Source: a virus
Lineage: Duplodnaviria; Heunggongvirae; Uroviricota; Caudoviricetes
Strand: one strand, 5' to 3'
Virus record (IMG/VR): IMGVR_UViG_3300028591_000112
Location: 95,934 to 131,615 of that record
DNA: 35,682 nt
Position numbers and translations under genes: made by a program. The notes under the pieces are model-generated. The model was not told where the DNA came from. It ran no database searches and saw only the letters and a list, made by a program, of their open reading frames with translations. Shown piece after piece: positions 26,030 to 35,682 of the stretch. Every line of letters starts with the position of its first letter. The stretch's first letter is position 1.

Positions 26030-26374
26030 ATGGAAAAAATGACAAATGTACAAATGTTTGAGGCATTAAAAGAATATGTGAAAGGAACTGAAAGAGAAGC
26101 TGAATTCGTAGAATTCTTAGACAAGAGAATTGAAATCGCATCTAAAAAAAGAACTGGCGAAACTAAAACTCAAAAGGCAAATAAAGAATTAGCTGATAGA
26201 ATTTTTGACTACATGGTTGAAAATGGAGCTGAATTAACAAGTGCTGATATCATGAGAGAATTCGGTTTAGGAAGTTCACAAAAAGTTGTTGGAGTTATGA
26301 AAGGCTTAATAAATAGCGGAAAAGTAACAAAAGACAAAAATGCTGATAAAAAAGTTGCTTATAAATTAGCCTAA
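26030..26374 (+). CDS. Winged-helix-like small protein (paralog family A)
   Basis: AAGGAG RBS; similar to 2754-3140 (both end AYKLA). Confidence 0.75.
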   Translation: MEKMTNVQMFEALKEYVKGTEREAEFVEFLDKRIEIASKKRTGETKTQKANKELADRIFDYMVENGAELTSADIMREFGLGSSQKVVGVMKGLINSGKVTKDKNADKKVAYKLA

Positions 26375-26466
26375 TTAAAATAGAGATGGGCACTATGATA
26401 ACCTGCGGCGGGCTCGTCTAGAGCTCGCCTTATTTAGTTTATGGAAGAAAGGGTGAGCGTTACCGC

Positions 26467-27312
26467 ATGACAGAAATTAATGATGTAAAAACTTATTTAA
26501 GACAAATTGGAGAATATAAGTTGCTAACTGAAGAAGAAGAAAAGGAATTGTTTAAAAAATATAGAGAAACAAAAGATGAACATATAAAAGAAGAATTAAT
26601 AAATAGAAACTTAAAACTTGTTGTGTCTATTGCAAAAAAATATAGTGGAACTAAATTAAATTTTATGGATTTGGTTCAAGAGGGTAATTTTGGATTGATT
26701 TCCGCAATAGAAAAATATAATGTTGACTTGGGATATAAATTTTCCACATATGCAACCTATTGGATTAGACAATCAATATCTAAAGCAATTATAGATAAAA
26801 ATAAAATAGTAAGATTACCCGCACATATAATAAATAAAATATCTAAAATGAAACAAACTGAAACGTTATTGATGACTGAACTAAATAGAACTCCAACTAT
26901 TGAAGAAATAGCTAGCAGAATGCAGGTATTGCCGCAAGAAGTTAAAGAATTAAAAGATATAAGTTTAGATACTATGTCTTTGGATATAACTTTAAATGAT
27001 GAAAATGATGACACATTAGCAGATGTAGTAGAAGATAAGAAAATTGAAACACCTTCTTCCGCACTTGCTAGAAAAGATTTAAGAGAACAATTATTAAAGG
27101 TAATGGATAGTCTCGATCCAAGAGAAAAAGATGTTCTAATTAAAAGATATGGTTTAATTACAGGTGAACCAATGACATTGGAAGAAACTGGTTTAGAATT
27201 AGGATTGTCTAGAGAAAGAATAAGACAGATTGAAGAAAAGGCATTAAGAAAAATGCGTAATCCAATTAGAAGTGACCAGTTAAAAGGTTATATGGCAGAA
27301 TTAGCGGCTTAA
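26467..27312 (+). CDS. Sigma70-family sigma factor, RpoD/SigA-like, lacking region 1.1
   Basis: [51 protein letters not shown]...[15 protein letters not shown]. Confidence 0.95.
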   Translation: MTEINDVKTYLRQIGEYKLLTEEEEKELFKKYRETKDEHIKEELINRNLKLVVSIAKKYSGTKLNFMDLVQEGNFGLISAIEKYNVDLGYKFSTYATYWIRQSISKAIIDKNKIVRLPAHIINKISKMKQTETLLMTELNRTPTIEEIASRMQVLPQEVKELKDISLDTMSLDITLNDENDDTLADVVEDKKIETPSSALARKDLREQLLKVMDSLDPREKDVLIKRYGLITGEPMTLEETGLELGLSRERIRQIEEKALRKMRNPIRSDQLKGYMAELAA

Positions 27313-27441
27313 TATAGGTCGCTTTTTGTGTCTTAAAAATTTTAAAAAATAAAGAAGCAACTATTGACAAATTTAAAATTTTTTGATATAATATATATAT
27401 AATAAAAAATATCAATATAGTTTTATAATGGGGGTAGTAGT

Positions 27442-28152
27442 ATGTATTATACTTGAAAAGAATTAAAAGAAAAATATAATTGAAAACAATATAGAAGTAT
27501 TAATATACAAGAACAAATTAGATATGCTCAATCGCATGGAGTAAACATTGAAAAAATAGAAAATGTTTTTCCAACACAATTTAATATAATTAATAATCCA
27601 GATAAATGTTTTTCTCAAAAGCAGCTTATGGAAAAATATAATTGAACAACTAATTATGCTATTGCAGATTTTGTTAAATATGCAAAAAATAGAGGTGTTG
27701 AAATTAAAAAATTAGATTTTTCTAATCGTCCTTATTTTTATGAAATTATTAATGAAAACTATATAAATGATTGAGTTCCATATAAAAAATATCCAAAAAT
27801 AGAAGTATCACCAATGGGTTTAATTAGAAATTCTGTTACTAAAAAAATTTTAGGCAGTAAAACTACATATGGATATCTTCAATATAAAAATAAAGAAACA
27901 GGAGATTGTTATCTTATTCATAGAATTATTATGGAAACTTTTAATCCAGTTAAAGATATGGAAAATTTATATGTAGACCATATAAATGGAATTAGAGATG
28001 ATAATAGATTAGAAAATTTAAGATGAGTTACTCCAGAGAAAAATATGATATATAGACAAGAAAATTGATATATTATTCAAGATAATATAAATAGATTAAT
28101 TAAAAAATATGGATATGAACAATTTAATCAAATATTGAATAAAATTATCTAG
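27442..28152 (+). CDS. HNH endonuclease with repeated EKYNW N-terminal units (code 4, 236 aa)
   Basis: Continuous frame through six TGA; IHRIIMETF...VDHINGIRDDNRLENLR(W)VT...N. Confidence 0.9.
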
Positions 28153-28226
28153 TTGACAAAAATTTTTAAATATGTTATAATTATATTGTAAAAAATAAAA
28201 AAGAAAGGTTTTAAAAGAGTGATATT

Positions 28227-28502
28227 ATGGATAGAGAAGAAATAGAAGCTATACAAATGAGAGCTGAAGAAGAATATGAAATGATAAAAGATAGATGCCA
28301 TGATTTATATGACGAGAATCAAGAAGCATTAAAAGAAATAGAAAGATTAAAGAATATAATAAATAAATTAGAAGGATATATTATAACTAATAAACCTGTA
28401 TATATAGAGCAAAAAGGAACATCAAAAATAATTAATATAACAGATGTATTGTTAAAAATGATTGAATTAAAGGAGAATGAAGATAATGAAAATAATAGAT
28501 AA
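28227..28502 (+). CDS. Coiled-coil hypothetical protein
   Basis: Own TTGACA/TATAAT promoter; ORF track. Confidence 0.7.
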   Translation: MDREEIEAIQMRAEEEYEMIKDRCHDLYDENQEALKEIERLKNIINKLEGYIITNKPVYIEQKGTSKIINITDVLLKMIELKENEDNENNR

Positions 28503-28551
28503 ATTAAATGAAAAAGAGTATAAAAAATATTAAAGGAAAGGGTTGATTAAG

Positions 28552-28968
28552 ATGTTTGATTATAAATTAGAAGATGGAAAAATAATAAGAATAAGTGAAA
28601 AAGTTATAGAAAATTTAATGAATAGTTTAGATTTAGATAGAGAGTCTGCAATTCAAACTTATTTAGAAGATGAAGGTTATGAAATAAATGAGGAACAAGA
28701 AGCTTTAACTCAAAAAGCAAAAGAAAATAGAATAACTGCTACAATTCACAAAGCTGAAGGCAAAGCAAAAGAACGCAAGAAAGTAGAAAGAAAACCAAAT
28801 CCAGATAAAGAAAGCTTAATTGCGGCAATCGCTGAATTCTTAAATGATTTAGACGGGGTAGCTGATGTTACTGTAACTAATATTGGAAAACTTATAGAAT
28901 TTAAGTTTAATGATAAAGAAATGAAAATTGATTTAATTGAAAAGCGCGTTAAAAAAAAATTAGACTAG
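28552..28968 (+). CDS. Hypothetical protein (paralog family B)
   Basis: Shares NEEQ..L..KAK, ERKPN.DKE and KIDLIE.RVKK with 31092-31532. Confidence 0.78.
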   Translation: MFDYKLEDGKIIRISEKVIENLMNSLDLDRESAIQTYLEDEGYEINEEQEALTQKAKENRITATIHKAEGKAKERKKVERKPNPDKESLIAAIAEFLNDLDGVADVTVTNIGKLIEFKFNDKEMKIDLIEKRVKKKLD

Positions 28969-29158
28969 ACCTAGGTTAAAAAACCTAGGTTTTTCATTGT
29001 AAAAACAGGCATTTCCGCACCTCCGCATAAAAAGACATGCTAAGGGCTATTGTTTGTTTTGGGGTTATTTTGCGGGGTTGGGCGAATACTTTTGACATTT
29101 TTTCACTGGAAAAATGTAAAAATTTTAATTATAATATAGTTATAAAGGAGATGTTTAA

Positions 29159-29401
29159 ATGAATTTGCAAGAATTTTGCGAGAAGTATGGGTATGCAGAA
29201 AGTACCGTAAGTAAAACATTTCCGCAAGTTAAAATGAATATATTTAAGAAGTATGGTATAGAGGTTATCAAGATAGGTAAAGGTAAAAAAGCACAATATA
29301 TAGAAAAAGAAAAAACAGAAGAAAAACAGCTAGAAGATTTAAAAGAATTTTTAGATAAGAATCCTGCCATTAAAGAATACTTTGAAGGTATTGAAGGGTA
29401 G
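29159..29401 (+). CDS. Small HTH-like hypothetical protein
   Basis: MNLQEFCEKYGYAESTV; AAGGAG RBS. Confidence 0.65.
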   Translation: MNLQEFCEKYGYAESTVSKTFPQVKMNIFKKYGIEVIKIGKGKKAQYIEKEKTEEKQLEDLKEFLDKNPAIKEYFEGIEG

Positions 29402-29409
29402 GCGCGGAA

Positions 29410-29856
29410 ATGAAAGAAAAATTTTTATATTTAAAACAATTTATGACAGCTCTTGAAGATTTAGAACCTGAAGATAGATATAGAGCTACTTATGTTTTAT
29501 GTTATTGGGGGCTATATAGGGAGTTTCCGCAAGAGGCTACCGCAATTGATAAAATGTATGTAAAGACTAATGCAAAATTATTTGAGGGGCAGGATGCATT
29601 TGTTCAGGGGCAGAAAGAAAAAGGCAATAAAGGGGGCAGACCTTCCGCAATAACTGATGAACAAATATTGGAAGCATATAAAGCGTTAATGGATCAAAAA
29701 GGTGGAGAAGAGCCTACAGAAAAAGAGGTAATTGACTACTGCGGAGGCGGCGTTCAGAGAATTGCAACGAGAAAAGTGTGAAAAGAGAGAAAGAAAATTT
29801 TGTATGAAAATACAGAGGAGTTTCATACAAATACATACAATTTTTTGGACTTTTAG
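29410..29856 (+). CDS. Possible replication-initiator-like protein (DUF6291-like N-terminus; code 4, 148 aa)
   Basis: FMTALEDL...YGL-like segment...KGNKGGRPS; TGA 29779-29781 read as Trp extends the ORF to TAG 29856. Confidence 0.5.
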
Positions 29857-30136
29857 AGAGCAACTTTGTATGAAACCTACAATGTATGTATGTATGTAAT
29901 GTTTCATACAAATGTATGTATGTATGTATGTAACTTGTATGAAACCCTTTTAGTTACATACAAATGTATGTATGTAACCTTTATTTTGTATGAAATGTAT
30001 GTATGTATTGTATGTATGTGTTTCATACATTGTATGGAATGTATGTATGTATGTAACCCTAAATATTAAATAGTAAAATACATACAATTTCCCCTAGCGG
30101 GGAAAAAGTATGTATAGGGGCCGCCGATTCCATACA
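29800..30136. repeat. Field of TGTATG / (ATGT)n direct and inverted repeats
   Basis: Many tgtatgaaa, tttcataca and atgtatgtatgt copies. Confidence 0.9.
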
Positions 30137-31091
30137 AATGAATGATTGCCGCATATAAAGAGAGAGAAGGATATAATATTAATGTCTTGATACTATTGTA
30201 TATAATATATTAGTATATAGATATTATTATTTAATATTTAATATATATGATGTTTAGTGCTATTGTGTTTGGTATTTAGTGTTTAATACTATTGTATTTG
30301 ATGTTTAATATTTGATACTTTGGTATTGTTGTGGTGCGCGAGACGCACCCTAATATACACAAATGAGAATAAAAAACGATTACGATTAATTTTAAAGAAA
30401 AAAATAAGAACCTCAAAGGTTCTTTTTCTAATTCATTTTGCCTATTGTTTGCTTCTAATTTTGCTACTATGCTATTGTCATGTAAAAATTACCGTAAACT
30501 AGCAATTTAATAAAAATTTTGGCTTAAAATGCCAATTTGACAATTTTATAAAAAAATGATATAATTATAATGGGAAAGTATTATTATTATATATATTATT
30601 ATATATATCACCCCTATTATATATATTATATAATAAATATTAATAAAAATCAAGTAGTGCGGCGAGACGCGTCTCAAGATCTTAAAGCGACCGAAAAAAT
30701 GGTTTTTTTGAATATCATACTAAAAATTTTTATTTTAGTCAACTTAACGCTGCGTATAGGCACAGCCGCCGCATTCTTTTATTCTTACTCTTGTGGGATC
30801 CGAAGGATCCCCTTAATGCGGAAAAGCTCGATCAGAAAGTCTTAGAAGGAGAAAGAGGGTGCTGCGACGAGAGTGCGCGGTGGCGAGCCGCTCATCACTT
30901 TAGAAATTTCAGGAAATCATATGCGGCTTAGGCGAGGCCACTTTAGCGAGAAAAAAAGTGCATATAGACGCGTGTTTGGTGGAACGGGTCTCGGTCTACA
31001 AGTCGACCGAGACCGCGACGCTCACTTTTTCAATAAAAAATTAGGCATTTCCGCCTAATTGTATCATTTTTTAAGCAAAAAGTCAAGAAAA

Positions 31092-31532
31092 TTATTCATT
31101 TTCTTGCTTTTTTACTCTTGTTTCTATTAAATCTATCTTATATTTTTTATTATTATAAGTAAAAGTTATAAGTTTTGATTTATTTTCAACATTTATTAGA
31201 GAAAAATTGTCATTTTCTAGCATAAAATGAGTAAAAAGTGTGATAATATTTTCTTTATCAATGTTAGGTTTTCTCTCTCTTGTTGTTTTTTTGCGTTCAG
31301 TTTTTTCTTTTGCTAAAACCTTAACACCACTTGCTTTTGCTTGTGTGTTTAGTTGGTCTTGTTCTTCGTTGTTTAAATAGTTGTGGTCGCTTAACCACAT
31401 TTCCAATGCTTCAGCAATATCAAGTTCTAAACTATCACAAGTATCATAAACCCATTTACTAGAGATTTTAACTTGTTTTCCACTTTCTAGGTCTACCTTA
31501 AAAACCTTATCTTCTTCAACCCAATTTTTCAT
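31092..31532 (-). CDS. Hypothetical protein (paralog family B)
   Basis: Paralog of 28552-28968; own TTGACA/TATAAT promoter. Confidence 0.78.
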   Translation of the reverse strand: MKNWVEEDKVFKVDLESGKQVKISSKWVYDTCDSLELDIAEALEMWLSDHNYLNNEEQDQLNTQAKASGVKVLAKEKTERKKTTRERKPNIDKENIITLFTHFMLENDNFSLINVENKSKLITFTYNNKKYKIDLIETRVKKQENE

Positions 31533-31748
31533 AATACCACTTTCCTTTCTTTATTACATTATAATTATAACATAGAAATAAAAATGTGTCAACACTTTTT
31601 TGCAATTTTAGGATATTAAAATTTTGGCAGAAAATGTCGATTTTACGAAAAAATGTACGAAAGGCCATCGGTAAAAATAAAAAGGCTCATTTGCCAGGGC
31701 ACCGCCGCAAATGAGCCTTCCAAAGCAAAAAAGAGCAATTTCTTGCTC

Positions 31749-32114
31749 TTATGCTATTGAAAAGTATGGAACACCTTTTTGTTCAGTTCTAACGATTTTA
31801 TTATCGTTCTTTAATTGAGTTAGTAAAGCGTTCATTTTTTGATTAGATACTTTTTCAATGCTTAAATCTTCATTTTTTGCTTGGATTTCTCTAATTCTTA
31901 ATGGAGTTTCACTAGCAACAAGAATAGATACGATAGTGTCTTTCAACTTTTCGTTTTCTTCGTTTACAGCATTTTTCTTGCCACTTGCAATTTTCTTGTC
32001 AAGTAATTCAAGTTCGTGCTTTGCGAAGTCCTCGAACATTGTATTGCCAATCTCTGTTGCGTGTGCTAATAATGCATTTAGCACCATTCTTTTAGTTATT
32101 TTAGTTTCAGTCAT
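31749..32114 (-). CDS. Winged-helix-like small protein (paralog family A)
   Basis: Close paralog of 32850-33221 (HELELLDKKIASGKKNA). Confidence 0.8.
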   Translation of the reverse strand: MTETKITKRMVLNALLAHATEIGNTMFEDFAKHELELLDKKIASGKKNAVNEENEKLKDTIVSILVASETPLRIREIQAKNEDLSIEKVSNQKMNALLTQLKNDNKIVRTEQKGVPYFSIA

Positions 32115-32299
32115 TTTAATCAACACCTTTCCTTATCGACTGATTTGTAATAATTCTTTTCTTATTACATTTATATTATATCATAACTAATTTATTAAGT
32201 CAATAGTTTTTTTTATTTTTTTTTAACTTTTTAATTAGTTATGTTATAACCATTTCTTTATTACATTATAATTATATCAAATTATTTTAATTTTGTCAA

Positions 32300-32395
32300 T
32301 TATTTTTTTTCATTTTCTAATAATTGATAAATGTATAATAATCTTTCAATAATTATTTTTAATTGGTCTTGTATTTTTTCTTCTTGTGTTTTCAT
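32300..32395 (-). CDS. 31-aa peptide MKTQEEKIQDQLKIIIERLLYIYQLLENEKK
   Basis: Own TTGACA/TATAAT promoter and AAGGAAGGGA RBS. Confidence 0.55.
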   Translation of the reverse strand: MKTQEEKIQDQLKIIIERLLYIYQLLENEKK

Positions 32396-32849
32396 TTGTA
32401 TCCCTTCCTTTATTACATTATAATTATATCAAATTATAATTTAATTGTCAATAATTTTTAGGAAAAAATAAAAAAATTTTTTTTATCAAAAACCACTTGA
32501 CAAAAACCCAAGAGTGTGGTATAATAGAATAATGCGGGTCTTTTGCAGCAAAGCGCCCGCAAAAGACCCGTCAAGTAAATGCAAAAAACTTGACACTTAG
32601 GATGTCAAGTTTTTTAGAGTGCGTCCACTCTCTCATTGTTCCCGAACAATCGTACTAATTTTGCATAATCGCTTGACACTCTCTGTCAAGTGAGGTAGTC
32701 TTTAACGCAAACTCTGCATAAACGTATTACATCTTTTTACAAGAGTAGTAATAATCACTTGTTAGGGTTTCCTAAGTCCCTAATCTAAGCACCTAAAGGA
32801 ATGAGGTATTAAGTTTTAAGTGCTTAGATTAAGGACTAAGTCCTTAATC

Positions 32850-33221
32850 TTATTTTATACCGAATAGAGTTCTTTTTTTGTCAGTTTCAGTATCTCTATC
32901 AACACGATTTTCTTTTCTTAGTTGAACTAATAAAGCATTGATTTTTTGATTTGAGATTTTGTCAACACTTAAGTCGCTATCGCTTGCTTGAATTTCTTTG
33001 ATAGATAAATATTTGCCAGCATTAGTTAATACTGATACAATAGTATCTTTTAACTTTTCATTTGCTTCATTGATAGCATTTTTCTTACCGCTAGCAATTT
33101 TCTTATCAAGTAATTCTAACTCATGAATTGCATAGTTTTCAAACATTTCATTTCCGATTTCTCTAGCATGGTCAATTAGTTTGTTTAAAACCTCTCTTTT
33201 AGTTATTTTTGTTTCTGCCAT
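32850..33221 (-). CDS. Winged-helix-like small protein (paralog family A)
   Basis: Close paralog of 31749-32114. Confidence 0.8.
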   Translation of the reverse strand: MAETKITKREVLNKLIDHAREIGNEMFENYAIHELELLDKKIASGKKNAINEANEKLKDTIVSVLTNAGKYLSIKEIQASDSDLSVDKISNQKINALLVQLRKENRVDRDTETDKKRTLFGIK

Positions 33222-33388
33222 AATAATCACTTCCCTTTCCTTTTTTGGCATTTGTAATAAGTTAACTATTTCTTATTACATTTATATTATAACATAATCA
33301 ATTTATTAAGTCAAGTATTTTTTTTACTTTTTTAATTTTTTTTGATTATGTAATAACCTTTCTTTATTACATTAATATTATATCATTT

Positions 33389-33520
33389 TTAATTTATTTT
33401 GTCAATTATTTTTTTTATTTTTTCTTGTAAAGTTTTTAAAATAGCAACTTTATCTTCTAAAGTATATTCATTATCAATGCAATAATCTTCAAATAATGCA
33501 AGTAGAGTTTCAAATAACAT
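33389..33520 (-). CDS. 43-aa hypothetical peptide
   Basis: Own promoter and AAGGAAGTGA RBS; MLFETLLALFEDYCIDNEYTLEDKVAILKTLQEK... Confidence 0.5.
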   Translation of the reverse strand: MLFETLLALFEDYCIDNEYTLEDKVAILKTLQEKIKKIIDKIN

Positions 33521-33761
33521 TTTTATCACTTCCTTATTACATTATAATTATAACTCTAATTAAAAAATAAGTCAATAGTTTTTTTAATTTTTTAAAATAT
33601 TTTTAGGAATGTAAACTTTACATGTAAAGATCAACTTTTTCTTGACTTTTTTCTAAAACTATGCTATAATACGCAATTCGGCTCGTGACTTGCGCCCACG
33701 AGCCGCAAAATAAAAGGCGGCAACCGCCGCTACCAACCTTTTCTTTCTATAAATATACTAT

Positions 33762-34163
33762 CTAATTTATTTTTAAATCTTTAAGAGAATATTCTTTGTC
33801 AGGCTCCATTCCTACATACATTTTGCTATCTATTGGGAAGCTAGGCAATGTAATAGTTTCATAATTATCAAGAGTTATTATAATAGAATATTCTTCGTCA
33901 TAAAGGTTTTTCCACTTAGTAATATAATCAACTTCATCAATGAATGGCTTAATAATATTTTTTAAATATTTCTTTTCAATATCATCAAGAATATTTTCTT
34001 CATATTCTACTTCAATTGAGATATTTTTTATTTTCTTATCTTTTTTTAATTTACGTAGCAATTCTCCATTTTTAACACTTAAACTATTAGTTATTAGATA
34101 GAAGTCCTCACATTTTGTTAATAAAATATCTTTATTACTTTCTATTTTTCTTTTTTTAATCAT
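33762..34163 (-). CDS. Hypothetical phage protein
   Basis: ORF track; promoter plus hairpin leader. Confidence 0.75.
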   Translation of the reverse strand: MIKKRKIESNKDILLTKCEDFYLITNSLSVKNGELLRKLKKDKKIKNISIEVEYEENILDDIEKKYLKNIIKPFIDEVDYITKWKNLYDEEYSIIITLDNYETITLPSFPIDSKMYVGMEPDKEYSLKDLKIN

Positions 34164-34364
34164 TTCAATCACTCTCTCTTTCTTATTGGCTTTGTAATAA
34201 GTTATTTCTTTTCTTATTACATTTATATTATATTATAAATAAGTTTTGTTGTCAATAGTTTTTTTAAATATTTTTAATTTTTTTATTTTCTTAACTATTG
34301 TTTTTTTTCTTATTTACATACTTATTATATCATAAGTATTTTTAAAAGTCAACCTAAAAGGGAC

Positions 34365-35108
34365 TTAATCAAATTCGATTACTTGACTGAAGTCCCTCCA
34401 AGTTGGTGCAGTGTTAAGACTTACTATTGTATTTCCTAACATTTCCATTGACTTTTTAAAGATTTCAATTTCAATATCAATGTCATTAAGACCGTCATGA
34501 GCCTCTTCAAAGTCCGCATTATTTGATAGATAGCAATAAATTGCTTGTGCGGTAGTTCTTACTCTTCCGCTATTAGTTATAAAACAACTTTCTTTTAGAC
34601 TATTTAATCTATCTTTATTTTCTATACAATAATTTACATAGTCTTTTGAAAATGTTATTACTTTTGATATTTCCATAGTATCTAATAAATCAATATTTTC
34701 AAATGGGTTATCAGTTCCAAACTCTTCAAATAATCTTGCCATAGCATTTTTATCAAAACCGCCATTGTGTGCAACCATTATTTTAATATTGTATCTTGCT
34801 ATTGTCTTTTCAATATCTTTTGCAATATCATTTACACTCATTGTTTTATACCTTTTATCATTTTCTAATTTTTCAAAATAATTAGGGTATTTAGTAGCAC
34901 TAAAAGTTGATAACATTATGTATTTATTATTAAAAAACTTTCTAATTAGATAACTTTTTTCTTTTACAATATTATTTGTTTCAGTATCTAATATTTTCAT
35001 ACCTATTTCAAAAGGTAAAATACTTTCTTTTACATTTAATGTTCCTATTGTTTCAGTATCAATAAACATTAAATATCTTTCTTTTTTTAAATCAATTTTT
35101 TTAATCAT
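34365..35108 (-). CDS. DEDDh 3'-5' exonuclease
   Basis: FIDTET, AHNGGFD, EAHDGLND motifs. Confidence 0.88.
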   Translation of the reverse strand: MIKKIDLKKERYLMFIDTETIGTLNVKESILPFEIGMKILDTETNNIVKEKSYLIRKFFNNKYIMLSTFSATKYPNYFEKLENDKRYKTMSVNDIAKDIEKTIARYNIKIMVAHNGGFDKNAMARLFEEFGTDNPFENIDLLDTMEISKVITFSKDYVNYCIENKDRLNSLKESCFITNSGRVRTTAQAIYCYLSNNADFEEAHDGLNDIDIEIEIFKKSMEMLGNTIVSLNTAPTWRDFSQVIEFD

Positions 35109-35280
35109 TTTTAAATCATTCTCTTTCCTTATTGATTACATTATAATTATATCAAATTATAAAATAATTGTCAATATTTTTTTAATAATTGAAGAAGATT
35201 TTTAATCTTTCCACCTATTTTGTTTATTTATCAAATAAGCACAAATACAAACTATTTTCCATTTTATTTTTTTTATCATA

Positions 35281-35541
35281 CTACTCTTCCTCTATTTTCT
35301 CTACTAAATCAGCTTTTATTAAGTCATCAAATGTTATTGATAAAAATTCATCATCATCAGTAAATACCCAATATCCTATTTCTTCAGTAAAATGTTCTAA
35401 ACATCTATCTTCAATATCTACTGACCTAATATCCCACCAATTACCATCTATTTTTTCTTCATAACTTTTTTTGTCTTTGTTTAATGTAAACCCAAATTTT
35501 TCTAATTCTTTTAAATCTACATTATCTTTAATCTTTAACAT
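35281..35541 (-). CDS. Hypothetical phage protein
   Basis: AAGGAG RBS; own promoter; MLKIKDNVDLKELEKFGF. Confidence 0.78.
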   Translation of the reverse strand: MLKIKDNVDLKELEKFGFTLNKDKKSYEEKIDGNWWDIRSVDIEDRCLEHFTEEIGYWVFTDDDEFLSITFDDLIKADLVEKIEEE

Positions 35542-35682
35542 TGTTATCTCTCCTTACATTATAATTATACCAAATTAAGTTTTATTTGTCAATACTTTTT
35601 TTATAAAATAATGTAATAAATTTATTTTTTCTATTTGTTCTATAATCATATTTTATTTTTATGATTTCAATATTTTTATTTT

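Larger units (their letters stand above)
31540..35600 (-). promoter_or_regulatory. Repeated sigma70-type promoter modules (TTGAC-17-TATAAT-atgtaat), often tandem
   Basis: Reverse-complement pattern ttacat..attata...gtcaa before nearly every ORF, about ten times. Confidence 0.8.

Noticed and set aside
29800..30136. CRISPR array
   Set aside because: Repeats are short, irregular and in both orientations, with no unique spacers
29686..31058. Track ORFs in the repeat and GC-rich region
   Set aside because: Translations are low-complexity products of the ATGT repeats or lack RBS and phage-like composition

Overview
AT-rich segment of what looks like a large dsDNA phage of a low-GC Bacillota/Mollicutes-like host. 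It uses TGA as Trp (code 4): in-frame TGA sits at conserved Trp positions, and no credible gene ends in TGA. Left end (minus strand): type II topoisomerase B-subunit 5' part and RNase HI. 4.3-16.3 kb: an array of 28 tRNA genes covering all 20 amino acids plus a tmRNA, interleaved with cargo genes (Hsp20, DenV-like glycosylase, NADAR). The array contains two group I introns with homing endonucleases. One reconstitutes a Trp UCA anticodon inside a tRNA that also carries a second, CCA anticodon arm. It also contains a tRNA-Lys split by a cassette of an intact tRNA plus an endonuclease. 16.5-23.6 kb: an RNA-repair block (nucleotidyltransferase, DRB0094-type RNA ligase, RtcB, kinase, metallophosphoesterase). 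Many ORF-free, highly base-paired tracts, several with their own promoters, look like unannotated structured RNAs. These include tRNA mimics and a ~560-nt RNA closed by a 35-bp helix with four G-U pairs. Right part: sigma70-like factor, HNH nuclease, a TGTATG repeat field, a strand switch, and minus-strand promoter-rich modules with paralogous small genes and a DEDDh exonuclease. All calls come from manual reading; no searches were run.
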